Of a stretch of 37,563 bases of DNA, positions 1 through 8,932 are shown in pieces. The translations under genes and the position numbers were made by a program. The stretch comes from Kofleriaceae bacterium (GTDB taxonomy: Bacteria; Myxococcota_A; Polyangia; Haliangiales; Haliangiaceae). The DNA is taken from contig JBGARE010000001.1 in the NCBI GenBank assembly GCA_044230415.1, forward strand, positions 561,195 to 598,757. The letters are read 5' to 3'. Under the pieces are notes generated by a model. It saw only the letters and a list, made by a program, of their open reading frames with translations. It was not told where the DNA came from and did not search any database. How positions within the stretch are numbered: the first letter of the stretch is position 1; each line of letters begins with the position of its first letter.

Positions 1-322
1 CGATCCCGAGTCGTCGATCACGAACAGCAGATCGACGTTGGGGCACGCACCCGCGGCTCCACCATCGACGTCCGCGCCGGGGCCGACGTCATCGCCGCCG
101 CCACCCGAATCGCCCGGACGAGGGCCGGGACCGCACGCCGCGAGACACAACATCAGACCGAGTGCCCTCATCGAGCGGCACCCAGAGCAAAGACGCGGCC
201 ACCGAACAACTACCTGGATCTTCGACGCCGCCGGCGAGAACTGCCGATCCTCCTCGACAGCAGGCGCCGACTTTCGTGAGCAGCGCTCGCGTGCATCGAG
301 TGCACGCCGGTGCACGAATCGC

Positions 323-3300
323 TCAACTCCACGGCTCGCGCGCGAGGATCGCGAGCGCTCGCCGGCGCGTGGCCGGATCGAGCCGACCATCGAACGCCGC
401 ATCGAAGGCCGCCCCGAGCTCCACGCTCGATGCGAATCGATCCTCGGGCTGCGTCGCGAGTCCGATGCGCAACGCGAGCGCGACATCGCCACCCACCAGT
501 GCGTCCGGTTCCGCCGGTTGCGGTCGCACCGCCGCGAGCGCGGTCGTCGTCGTCCACGCAGACCGCCCGGTCAACGCGCGATAGACCACCGCGCAGAAGC
601 TGAACAGATCGGACCGCGCGTCGACGGCACGTCCCGTCAGCTGCTCGGGCGCCATGAACGGCGGCGTGCCGATCACGAGATTTCCCGTCGTGTCCGAAGG
701 GGCATCCACGAACTTCGCGATGCCAAAATCGACGAGCTTCCAGCGCTCGCTCGTCCGCACGAGGTTGCTCGGCTTCACGTCGCGATGCAGCACGCCCGCG
801 CGATGCACGTCCTCGAGCCCACGCGCGATATCGCGGATCATCGCGCGCGCGGTCGGGACATCGAGTCGCTCGCGCTCGCGCAACAGACCCGCGAGCGTCA
901 CGCCATCGACGAGCTCCATCGCCAGGAACGGGACGCGCTCGTCGGAGCCAACCTCGAGCACGCGCGAGACATACGGGCTCTCCACCTGGCGCAACGCACT
1001 CGCCTCGCGAGCGAACCGCCGCAGGTTCTCGGGCGCGATCCGGTCCGCGCGGATCATCTTGAGCGCGACGGTTTGTCCATCGCGCCGCGCTTCGTAGACC
1101 TCGCCCATGCCGCCGCGACCGACGAGCTTCTCGATGACATAGCCGCCGATCGTCGAGCCCGTGAACAATCCGCCGGTCTCGCCGGCCAGCGCACGATCGA
1201 GCTCGGCGCGCGCCGTCGAGAGCAGCGCTTCTTTCTGCGCGGCGTCGCGCAGCGCGACTTCATTGCTTCGCACCAAACGATCGAAGTGGCGATCGATCAC
1301 CGCGGCGATCGCGAACGCGGCGACGTACGTGCCCATGTACAGCGCGTGCAGCGCCCACCCCACGGCGGGCGAGAGGCCGACATAGGCGATCGGAGTGTTG
1401 CCGAGATCGCGGATCGCTCCCATCGCGAACAGCGTGTAGGCGACCGTGTGGCCGACGAGGATCGCGACGAGGATCCACCACTGGCTGTCGAGCACGCTCG
1501 TCGACGATCGGGAGGTCGTCTGCGACGCACGAAACAAGCGACCCACGAACAACACGAAGGCGACGATCGCTGCGAAGCCCGAGTGGAGCCCGAGGGCGAA
1601 CGCAGGCCCGACGCTGAGCGCGCCGACGATCACCCACGGCCACGTCGCGGAGGAGAGCTGCGCGACGCCGGGCCGGGGCGAGGTCTGGGGCGATCGATGG
1701 AGGCCCACCGTGATCGCGATGCCCGCGATACCAATCCACGCGGCCCACAGCGCTTCACGCTCGCGCACGATGAAGCCGAGGAACACCGCGCCGCCGATGC
1801 ACACTCCGAGGACGCCGGCGCGTTGGCGGCGAGCTTTGTCGCGAAACGCGATCTGCCACGCTTCGTCGCGCGTGGCATCGAACACCGCGCTGTCGTGTGG
1901 ATCGTCGTGTCGTACGGCGTCACGTGCGCCGTGGGTGTCGTCGGTGCCGCGTGCGGCATCGACAGGCTCGATCGCGGGCGCGCTCGTTCTCGCTGCGGCG
2001 ACCGTGCGCGCGATGGCCTTCGATGACGTCCGCGCGCGGACGACGTCCGTGGGCTCGATCTCGACCGAAGGTGCAACGACCGTCCACGCAGGCAACCCGG
2101 CGGCGCGGTCACGCAGCGGGTCACCGAGCGTCCCGTCGACGGCGGCGAGGAATGCGGCGCGGAACGATTCGGCGTCGGAGAATCTGCTCGCTGGCGCGGA
2201 CGCGAGACCGATCTGCAAGACGCGAGCGACGTCGTCTGCGACCTCGCCCTGCAGGCGCGGATCGATCGGCATGCGCGTGGCGACCGCGTGCGCGAGCTGG
2301 CTCGACGATGACTCCGCGAACGGATCGTTGCCGGTCGCGGCGGCGTAGAGACACGCGGCGAGACTGTAGAGATCGGATGCGGGCGTGGGCGTTGCGGTCG
2401 GATCCGCGATCAACTCGGGCGCCGTGAAGTGCGGTGTGCCCGCGCCGGCGCGCGAGCCGAAATCGATCAACTTCCAGCCCGTGGTCGTCTTGATCAGGTT
2501 CTGCGGCGCGACGTCGCCGTGGACCAAGCCCGCGGCGTGGACCGCCATCAGCGCGGCGCACGATGCGGAGGCGAGCTCGGCGAGGGCGGCGCGATCGAGC
2601 GCACCGCGCTCCGCGAGCACGGCGCGCAGGTCGGTGCCGTCGAGCTTCTCCATCGCGAGGAACGGGATCTCCGCGTCGAGCCCACCGGCTTCGCGCGCGC
2701 GTACGACGTACGGGCTCTCGATGCGCATCGCGGTGTTCGCTTCTTCGATGAAGCTGCGCACCGCCGCGGGATCGCGGAGTCGATCGCCGCGCACGAGCTT
2801 CACCGCGAGGATCGTGCCGTCCTCCGCGCGCGCGTCGTAGACCTCGCCGGCGCCGCCGCGACCGACGAGGTCGCCGAGCCGAAAAGATCCGATCCGCTGG
2901 CCGGAGAACACTCCCTGGCGGCCGATCGCGAGCGTCCGCACGTACTCGGCGCGTGCTTCGTCGAGCAGCGATGCACGCCGAGCGGCGACCTGGATCGCGG
3001 CATCGAGCTCGGACGACAAGCGCTGGTAGCGCGCACGGAAGGCGCGGCCGGCGAAGAACGCGGTCGCGTAGAGGAGCTGGATCGCGAGGTGCGCGCTCAC
3101 GTGGTGCCACGGCGGATGACCGGGAGGCATGAACGGCAACATCGATTCGTCGCCGAGAGCTCCCGCGATCACGAGCGCGCTGACGGCCGCTTGGCCGCCG
3201 GCGATCGCACCGAAGAACAGCCAGCCGCCGAGGCGGTCGGCGAACAGCCCTGCGAGCAGGAGCGCGAGCACGAACAGCGCCGCGAACGCGGAGCTCGTAC

Positions 3301-3583
3301 CGAACGCCCAGCCGATCGGGATCGCGAGGAGACCGAACACGACGAGCGCGACGATCTCCACGATGCGTGGTCTCTCGGCCCGCGTGCGCGCGAACGGGAC
3401 GAACGCGATGGCGATCAGAGAGAGAGCCGCGATCGCGAATGGGGCGGGTGTGCGATCGCGCGCGAACGCGACGAGGATCGCGATGGCGAGGATGCACGCG
3501 ATCGGCGGGACGGCGATCAGGCGCCCTCGGCCAACCAGCGTCGGTGCGGCGGCCACGCTACTCCGACGACTTGGATCCGCCAC
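323..3583 (-). CDS. Membrane-anchored Ser/Thr protein kinase with two tandem [multi-TM + coiled-coil + Hanks-type kinase] modules, 1086 aa; it could be two adjacent paralogous kinase genes read as one ORF
   Basis: Module 1 (aa ~1-560) has hydrophobic TM helices and a kinase domain with GRGGAGEVY, AVK, an atypical HGDVAPQN catalytic loop, DFG and APE. Module 2 (aa ~570-1086) has TM helices and a canonical kinase with GRGGMGEVY, ALK, HRDVKPSNL, DFG and APE. There is no stop codon between the modules. The ORF start overlaps the upstream gene's end by about 26 nt, so the true start may be a few codons in. Confidence 0.8.
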   Translation of the reverse strand: MADPSRRSSVAAAPTLVGRGRLIAVPPIACILAIAILVAFARDRTPAPFAIAALSLIAIAFVPFARTRAERPRIVEIVALVVFGLLAIPIGWAFGTSSAFAALFVLALLLAGLFADRLGGWLFFGAIAGGQAAVSALVIAGALGDESMLPFMPPGHPPWHHVSAHLAIQLLYATAFFAGRAFRARYQRLSSELDAAIQVAARRASLLDEARAEYVRTLAIGRQGVFSGQRIGSFRLGDLVGRGGAGEVYDARAEDGTILAVKLVRGDRLRDPAAVRSFIEEANTAMRIESPYVVRAREAGGLDAEIPFLAMEKLDGTDLRAVLAERGALDRAALAELASASCAALMAVHAAGLVHGDVAPQNLIKTTTGWKLIDFGSRAGAGTPHFTAPELIADPTATPTPASDLYSLAACLYAAATGNDPFAESSSSQLAHAVATRMPIDPRLQGEVADDVARVLQIGLASAPASRFSDAESFRAAFLAAVDGTLGDPLRDRAAGLPAWTVVAPSVEIEPTDVVRARTSSKAIARTVAAARTSAPAIEPVDAARGTDDTHGARDAVRHDDPHDSAVFDATRDEAWQIAFRDKARRQRAGVLGVCIGGAVFLGFIVREREALWAAWIGIAGIAITVGLHRSPQTSPRPGVAQLSSATWPWVIVGALSVGPAFALGLHSGFAAIVAFVLFVGRLFRASQTTSRSSTSVLDSQWWILVAILVGHTVAYTLFAMGAIRDLGNTPIAYVGLSPAVGWALHALYMGTYVAAFAIAAVIDRHFDRLVRSNEVALRDAAQKEALLSTARAELDRALAGETGGLFTGSTIGGYVIEKLVGRGGMGEVYEARRDGQTVALKMIRADRIAPENLRRFAREASALRQVESPYVSRVLEVGSDERVPFLAMELVDGVTLAGLLRERERLDVPTARAMIRDIARGLEDVHRAGVLHRDVKPSNLVRTSERWKLVDFGIAKFVDAPSDTTGNLVIGTPPFMAPEQLTGRAVDARSDLFSFCAVVYRALTGRSAWTTTTALAAVRPQPAEPDALVGGDVALALRIGLATQPEDRFASSVELGAAFDAAFDGRLDPATRRRALAILAREPWS

Positions 3584-4874
3584 GGAGGCCGGCGCGATTC
3601 ATCATCTTGTAGATCGTCATGCGATCGACATCGGCAGCGCGAGCGGCGGAGGAGATGTTGCCGTCGTGCGCGTCGATCAGCTCCGTGATGTATCGGCGCT
3701 CGAGCTCGTCGATGATCTTCCTCTTCGCCTCTTTGAACGGCAGCGAGACATCGAGCGACGTCGGACCGCTCGACCACTGGCGCTCCATCTCGGGGAACTT
3801 CGACAGCGTGATCGCTTGTTCGATCGATCCGCGGAGCTCGCGCACGTTGCCGGGCCAGGGCTGGCGCTCGGCCCACTCGACGAAGCCCGGAGGAAGCGGG
3901 CCGCCGCCGAACCGCTCGACGAGGTGCTCGATCAGCGGCGCGATGTCCTCGCGGCGGTCGCGCAGCGGCGGCAGGTGCACGCGCGCGACGGCGATACGGA
4001 AGTACAGGTCGGCGCGGAACGCGTCGCTGTTGACCTGTGCGGCAAGGTCGCGATTCGTGGCGGCGACCAGGCGAACATCGCACGAGATGGGCGTGACGCT
4101 TCCGATGCGACGGATCTGGCGTGTCTCGACGGCGCGCAGCAACTTCGGTTGGACATCGAGCGGAAGCTCGCCGATCTCGTCGAGGAAGAGCGTTCCGCCG
4201 TGCGCGGCTTCGAACACGCCGGGGCGCGCGGAGATCGCGTTCGTGAATGCTCCGGCCTCGTGGCCGAAGAGCTGATCTTCGACGAGCTGTGCGGGGATCG
4301 CGCCGCAATCGAGGATGATGAACGGTCCTGCACTTCGCGCGGAGCCGTGGTGGATCGCTTGGGCGGCGAGCTCCTTGCCCGTGCCGGTCTCGCCGGAGAT
4401 GAGGACCGTCGCATCGGTGGCGGCCAATCGCTGGAGCACCTCGAACACGCGGCGCATCGCTGGACTCTCCCCGACGAAGCCACCGAGGCGGCGCGCCCCG
4501 GAGATCGGAAGCTCGACGGACTCCGCGAGCGGCTCGAAGCGGATCGTGTTGTCGCCGATGCCGATCGTCGTGTTCGCGACGAGGAATCCCTCGATCACGC
4601 GCATGCCCGCGACGTGCGTCCCGTTCGTCGAGCCGAGGTCGCGCAGGCGATAGCCCGTGGACTCGAGCCGGATCTCGGCGTGGAGCGCCGAGGCGCGTCG
4701 ATCCGTGAGCTTGAGATCCGCGTTCGCGCGCCCGATCACGATCGAGGGCGAGCGAAAGACCTTCACGAGCCCGCGATCGGGTCCGCTGACGACTTCGAGT
4801 CGACACGCACGAACGTGCAGCGAGTCACCTTCGGCGCGGCGCTTCACCCAGGTCCCGGTCTCGAGGTCCGTCAC
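3558..4874 (-). CDS. Sigma-54-dependent transcriptional activator (bacterial enhancer-binding protein) with an N-terminal FHA domain and a C-terminal Fis-type HTH
   Basis: FHA-like N-terminus (VIGRANADLKLTD...STNGTHV). AAA+ sigma54-interaction domain with Walker A GETGTGKE, the GAFTNA (GAFTGA-type) loop, ESQLFGHE and the arginine finger region. C-terminal DNA-binding HTH (ISSAARAADVDRMTIYKMM). Confidence 0.9.
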   Translation of the reverse strand: MTDLETGTWVKRRAEGDSLHVRACRLEVVSGPDRGLVKVFRSPSIVIGRANADLKLTDRRASALHAEIRLESTGYRLRDLGSTNGTHVAGMRVIEGFLVANTTIGIGDNTIRFEPLAESVELPISGARRLGGFVGESPAMRRVFEVLQRLAATDATVLISGETGTGKELAAQAIHHGSARSAGPFIILDCGAIPAQLVEDQLFGHEAGAFTNAISARPGVFEAAHGGTLFLDEIGELPLDVQPKLLRAVETRQIRRIGSVTPISCDVRLVAATNRDLAAQVNSDAFRADLYFRIAVARVHLPPLRDRREDIAPLIEHLVERFGGGPLPPGFVEWAERQPWPGNVRELRGSIEQAITLSKFPEMERQWSSGPTSLDVSLPFKEAKRKIIDELERRYITELIDAHDGNISSAARAADVDRMTIYKMMNRAGLRGGSKSSE

Positions 4875-4904
4875 CAGGGCGAGCGTATCTCGGAACGCAC
4901 GCGT

Positions 4905-5687
4905 TCAGCGATCGTTGGAGCGATGGCGCCGCACGGGCACGAGCACCGGGCGCTTCGCGCTCTTGCCATCGCCGGTCGTTCGGCCGCGTAGCCGGCGCCA
5001 TGCCCACGGGGCGACGAAGCGCGCGATCCACGCGAGATCGGTGGCGAGCTCGTCGCGTCGACGGCGCCGCGGCATCGGCGCGGGCGGGTGCGAGAGTCCG
5101 GGCTCGACGTGCGGGATGTCGAGCATGAACGCGAGTTGCGCCGCGATGCGCGCGTGGCCCTCGGGGTTACCGTGCAGACGATCCACGGCCCACATGCGCG
5201 GATCGTGCGCGAGCTCGAACGACGCGAGATCGAGGAGCAGCGCACCCGCGCGTTCGGCTTCGTCGCGGATCGCGATGTTGAGATCGTGCGTGCGCACCGA
5301 AAGCGCGCGGCCGAGCTTCATCCGGCGGGACACGTCGGGGATCGTGAACGTGATCACCGTGGCGCCGACGCCGCGGAGCCCGCGCACCATCTCGCCGACG
5401 TGGCCGGCGACGCGCGTGGCGCTCCAGTTCGAGCGCAAGAGGTCGTTCATGCCGGCGACGACGGTCGCGAGATCGGGCCGCATCGCGATCGCGGGCGCGA
5501 GTTGTGTCGCGCTGATCTCGCCGGCGCTGCGACCACGCACCGCGAGGTTCGCGTAGGCGAGCGAGGGATTCTGGGACGCGACGTGCTCGGCGAGGCGATC
5601 GGCCCAGCCGCGATAGCCACCGTCGCCATCGGGATCATCGAGGCCTTCGGTGCTGCTGTCACCGAGGGCGACGTACCGCGAGAACAT
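4905..5687 (-). CDS. SGNH/GDSL family hydrolase (lipase/esterase-like)
   Basis: N-terminal block I motif YVALGDSSTEG, GMNDL, and C-terminal DRLHGNPEGH (block V DxxH). The Arg-rich C-terminal tail may be an over-extension. Confidence 0.7.
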   Translation of the reverse strand: MFSRYVALGDSSTEGLDDPDGDGGYRGWADRLAEHVASQNPSLAYANLAVRGRSAGEISATQLAPAIAMRPDLATVVAGMNDLLRSNWSATRVAGHVGEMVRGLRGVGATVITFTIPDVSRRMKLGRALSVRTHDLNIAIRDEAERAGALLLDLASFELAHDPRMWAVDRLHGNPEGHARIAAQLAFMLDIPHVEPGLSHPPAPMPRRRRRDELATDLAWIARFVAPWAWRRLRGRTTGDGKSAKRPVLVPVRRHRSNDR

Positions 5688-6983
5688 TCATCGACTATAG
5701 GCCGACCTCCGGCGGCGAACGAGCAGCAGGGCGGCGCAGACGAGGCCAGCGAGCGGGAATGGGGGGGACGACCCGCTCGAGCTGCAACCCGTGTCTGCGC
5801 CGCCGCTACCAGTGTTGCCGTTGGGGTCATCGGATCCGCCGTCGCCATCGCAGGTTCCGTTGCCGTCGCTATCGATGATGCATTGGCCGGACACGCAGTC
5901 CGCGCCGGACATGCAGCCCGTGCCCGGATCGCCCGGCATGTCACCGGGCATGTCGCCGGGATCGGGCGTGCCGTAGACGACATCGACGAACGCGGACGCC
6001 ATGTTGTTCGCGGCATCGAATCCCGTGACCTGCACGCGATGCGTGCCCTCGGCGAGCGTGGTGCCGGTGGTCCAGGTCCACGGCGCCGCCGTCTTCGTCC
6101 CGACGAGCGTTCCGTCGAGGCGCAGCTCTGCCTTCGCGACGGCGACGTTATCGGTGACCGTGGCGGTGACGGTGAAGCCCGGCGAGACCTGCGCGTTCGC
6201 TGCGGGCGAGCTGATCGCGACGACCGGCGCGGTCGTGTCGGGCACGTTCGCGCCGAACACCGCCATGATCAGCGCGTAGCTATTCATCTGCTGCGATCCG
6301 GTCTGCGCGTAGGTGCAGCTGCACTGGCGCGCGTTGTACTCGCCGCACGAACCGGCCGCGTTCTGGAACGCCTTCTGCGCGGGACCGGACTGGAGGTACG
6401 TCATCGGATCGCGGTTGTCGTACTTGTGATCGAGGCCCCACGAGTGCGCGGTCTCCTGCGCGACGGTCCAGCACAGATCCAAAATCGAGCTCGGCGCTTC
6501 GTTCGCGAACGTGAACGAGATCGCGTTCCCGATGTAGCCGCACGAGAACGGCGACACGCCGAGCACGCCGCTTTGCTGGCCTGCATTCGCGGCGCGCCCC
6601 GCGACGATCGCCATGTGATAGTTCGTACCGGCCGGGGGACGATCGGTGACGATCTGGACGTTGAACGGCGCGTACGTCTGCCGCACGCACGCGACGATCT
6701 GATTCCACTGCGCGGCGGTGCCCGTGTACGCGGGGATGTTCACCGCGCTGGTCACGATGCTCGAGCGATTGAGCGGCGCGTTGTTCTGACCGGGCGAGAG
6801 CTGACAGCCGCCGGCGCAGTTGTTCAGGTAGATGATGTTCGAGACCGTCGCCGCGACCGGCGGCTCCCACGTGCTGTGGACCAGCGACGGATCCGTCCAC
6901 TGGTACGTCGCGCGAGGTGCAGCGTGGGCGTTACCGATCGCTCCCGCGACCAGGAGCGCGATCCAGAGATGGCGGCGCGTCAT
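5688..6983 (-). CDS. Secreted multidomain protein: N-terminal metzincin-like domain (degenerate motif), Ig-like (Big) domain, Cys-rich repeat, and a C-terminal MYXO-CTERM-type sorting tail
   Basis: Signal peptide MTRRHLWIALLVAGAIGNAHAAP (start taken at the ATG at 6983; the ORF runs to 7037). QETAHSWGLDH resembles the HExxHxxGxxH motif with its first His replaced by Gln. The Ig-like segment reads TAPVVAISSPAANAQVSPGFTVTATVTD...RVQVTGFDAANN. The Cys-rich repeat reads CMSGADCVSGQCIIDSDGNGTC. The C-terminus GCSSSGSSPPFPLAGLVCAALLLVRRRR has the Cys, hydrophobic helix and Arg-cluster architecture of MYXO-CTERM. Confidence 0.65.
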   Translation of the reverse strand: MTRRHLWIALLVAGAIGNAHAAPRATYQWTDPSLVHSTWEPPVAATVSNIIYLNNCAGGCQLSPGQNNAPLNRSSIVTSAVNIPAYTGTAAQWNQIVACVRQTYAPFNVQIVTDRPPAGTNYHMAIVAGRAANAGQQSGVLGVSPFSCGYIGNAISFTFANEAPSSILDLCWTVAQETAHSWGLDHKYDNRDPMTYLQSGPAQKAFQNAAGSCGEYNARQCSCTYAQTGSQQMNSYALIMAVFGANVPDTTAPVVAISSPAANAQVSPGFTVTATVTDNVAVAKAELRLDGTLVGTKTAAPWTWTTGTTLAEGTHRVQVTGFDAANNMASAFVDVVYGTPDPGDMPGDMPGDPGTGCMSGADCVSGQCIIDSDGNGTCDGDGGSDDPNGNTGSGGADTGCSSSGSSPPFPLAGLVCAALLLVRRRRSAYSR

Positions 6984-7291
6984 GTCGAGCATCTTTGGTG
7001 ATCGCGATGCGACTCGAATACGGCGCGCTGCTAGCACCGCATCGCACTCGCATGCGCCCCGGCCATCGACGACGCGAGCTCGCGAGATGTGATCGAACGC
7101 GAGTGCGGTCGCGGCGCTGCTGCGGCGATGTAGGTGTTGTCAGCGGTAGCGAGCTTCACCGACCGCAGCGGCGCGCCAACCTCGCATTCCTGCGCAACCG
7201 GAGACGCAGGTCACGGACGGGCCACGATAGCTTCGGCCAGCAGTGTGAACGCCCGTTGGCAGCGCGACAGGCTCGTCTCATCCAGCTTGAT

Positions 7292-7306
7292 CGACCCGTG
7301 TTTTAC
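7292..7306. promoter_or_regulatory. AT-rich perfect inverted repeat TTTTACA-A-TGTAAAA containing a -10-like TACAAT (7296-7301), 20 nt upstream of the desaturase-family start codon. Candidate TetR operator and/or promoter.
   Basis: Read directly from the sequence. It is a 7+1+7 palindrome in a ~70% GC background. A TetR-family regulator gene lies immediately downstream of the first gene. Confidence 0.5.
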
Positions 7307-7326
7307 AATGTAAAAGTAGGCCAGAC

Positions 7327-7872
7327 ATGCGGAGCCATCTCATCGCCATCGCCTGCGGCGTGCTGACCTGGACGCTGCTCGAGTACATGATCCATCGCTG
7401 GATGGGCCACGACCGGCGGTTTCGCCGGACGCCGTTCGGGGTCGAGCACATCCGCCATCACATCGAGGGGAACTACTTCGCGCCGACGTGGAAGAAGCTC
7501 GTGGTCGCCGCCATCACCGGTCCGGTGGTGGCCACGCCGGCGATCGCGCTCGTGGGCTGGACGAACGGCATCCTCTACACCGTCGGCCTCCTCGCGTTCT
7601 ATGGACTGTACGAGCTGCTGCATCGCCGCGAGCACACGCACGCGGGCATCGGCGCGTACGGCCGGTTCGTGCGGCGCCATCACTTCCATCATCACTTCGT
7701 CGATGGCCGCAAGAATCACGGCGTGACCACGCCGCTGTGGGACTTCGTCTTCGGCACGTACGAGCATCCGACGCAGATCAAGGTCCCGCGCAAGCTGTGC
7801 ATGCAGTGGCTGCTCGATCCGTCGACCAACGACGTTCGCACGGCGTTCTCGCAGACGTATCAGCTTCGATGA
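7327..7872 (+). CDS. Fatty acid hydroxylase / sterol desaturase family membrane protein
   Basis: Histidine boxes HRWMGH, HIRHH and HHFHHH, with hydrophobic segments between them, as in the di-iron membrane hydroxylase/desaturase superfamily. Confidence 0.8.
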   Translation: MRSHLIAIACGVLTWTLLEYMIHRWMGHDRRFRRTPFGVEHIRHHIEGNYFAPTWKKLVVAAITGPVVATPAIALVGWTNGILYTVGLLAFYGLYELLHRREHTHAGIGAYGRFVRRHHFHHHFVDGRKNHGVTTPLWDFVFGTYEHPTQIKVPRKLCMQWLLDPSTNDVRTAFSQTYQLR

Positions 7873-7879
7873 CACGCAG

Positions 7880-8536
7880 ATGACGCGCGCGAAACGCAAA
7901 CCCGAACCGGCGGGTCTCTCGCACGCATCGATTCGGAGCGCCGCCCTCGCGCTCATCGATCGCGCCGGTCTCGAAGACTTCAGCACGCGCAAGCTCGGTC
8001 GCGAGCTCGGCTGCGAAGCGATGGCGATCTACTGGTACTACAAGAGCAAGGACGAGCTACTCGACGCTGTCGTCGACGAGATGATGACCGGTGTCGCCGC
8101 CGTCGTCATCGATCCGCCGAGCCCCGATTGGATCGAGATCCTCCGCGCGACCGCGCACGCGTATCGCCGCATCGCGCACGAGCACCCTCGCGCGTTCCCG
8201 CTGCTCGCCACGCGCCGCCTCGCGAGCGAGCAGACCTATGCGTTCATGGAGCGCCTGTTCGAGCTCGGGCGCACGCAGCAGGTGGACGACAAGGTCGTCG
8301 CTCGCTTCTATCGCGCGGTGTCCTCGTACGTGAACGGGTTCGCGCTCAACGAGCTCGCCACGCTGTACGGACCCAAGCCGTCATTGGCGCTGCGCCGCAA
8401 GTTCACGCGCGTCGCGGAGGTGTCCGCGTACCTCGAGCCGGAGCACCTCGACGAGCTATTCGAGCAAGGACTCGAGCTGCACCTCGAGGCGCTCGCCGCC
8501 ACGTCCCGTGCGCGCGTGAAGAAGCGCAGCGCCTAG
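7880..8536 (+). CDS. TetR/AcrR family transcriptional regulator
   Basis: N-terminal TetR HTH (SIRSAALALIDRAGLEDFSTRKLGRELGCEAMAIYWYYKSKDELL), then a helical ligand-binding region. The gene starts 8 nt after the desaturase-family gene ends. Confidence 0.88.
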   Translation: MTRAKRKPEPAGLSHASIRSAALALIDRAGLEDFSTRKLGRELGCEAMAIYWYYKSKDELLDAVVDEMMTGVAAVVIDPPSPDWIEILRATAHAYRRIAHEHPRAFPLLATRRLASEQTYAFMERLFELGRTQQVDDKVVARFYRAVSSYVNGFALNELATLYGPKPSLALRRKFTRVAEVSAYLEPEHLDELFEQGLELHLEALAATSRARVKKRSA

Positions 8537-8928
8537 CTGCCGAAGAAGCGCGACAGCCACGAACGCCGAGGCTGACCGCGCGCGACGTCGATCACCAGCG
8601 CGAACTCGCGACGACCGAACCAGATCATCTGATCGTGGCGGCAGCGATCGAGCTCCACGCCGCCGAGAAACACGGGCTCCATCGCATCACCGCAGATGGG
8701 ACACTCGATCTGCTCCTCGACCGGCGCGCGGCGCCCGATCGTCGACAGATCGCCGATGCCACCCTCGGGTGCGAGGTGAGGCGCGACCACGAGGAGCTGC
8801 TCGATCACGTCGGCCACACCGACGAGCATGCCCTCGCACGTGAGGCATCCCCATCGCTCACCGGCGTCGAGGCGCGCGAGCCCGACGCGACAGATCGGGC
8901 AATCGATCGGTCGATCGCGATACGCCAC
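8533..8928 (-). CDS. Zinc-ribbon domain protein (hypothetical)
   Basis: CPICrvg...CLTCEG (CxxC-N15-CxxC) and a second CPICGD...C cluster. Convergent with the TetR gene, overlapping it by 4 nt. Confidence 0.5.
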   Translation of the reverse strand: MAYRDRPIDCPICRVGLARLDAGERWGCLTCEGMLVGVADVIEQLLVVAPHLAPEGGIGDLSTIGRRAPVEEQIECPICGDAMEPVFLGGVELDRCRHDQMIWFGRREFALVIDVARGQPRRSWLSRFFGS

Positions 8929-8932
8929 GCGC

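Noticed and set aside
38-2026. 662-aa Arg/Ala-rich ORF on the plus strand, plus many similar 60-450-aa ORFs in the six-frame track (e.g. 2121-3497, 3517-4806, 5088-7001, 12677-13903, 17336-18586, 19058-19948, 21901-23508, 27336-29099, 30149-31465)
   Set aside because: They lie antisense to, or frame-shifted within, well-supported genes. Their Arg/Pro/Ala-rich low-complexity composition is typical of spurious ORFs in 70% GC DNA, and they have no recognizable motifs.
5688-6983. Active HExxH zinc metalloprotease call
   Set aside because: The motif reads QETAHSWGLDH, so the first His of HExxH is absent. I kept it as metzincin-like or degenerate only.
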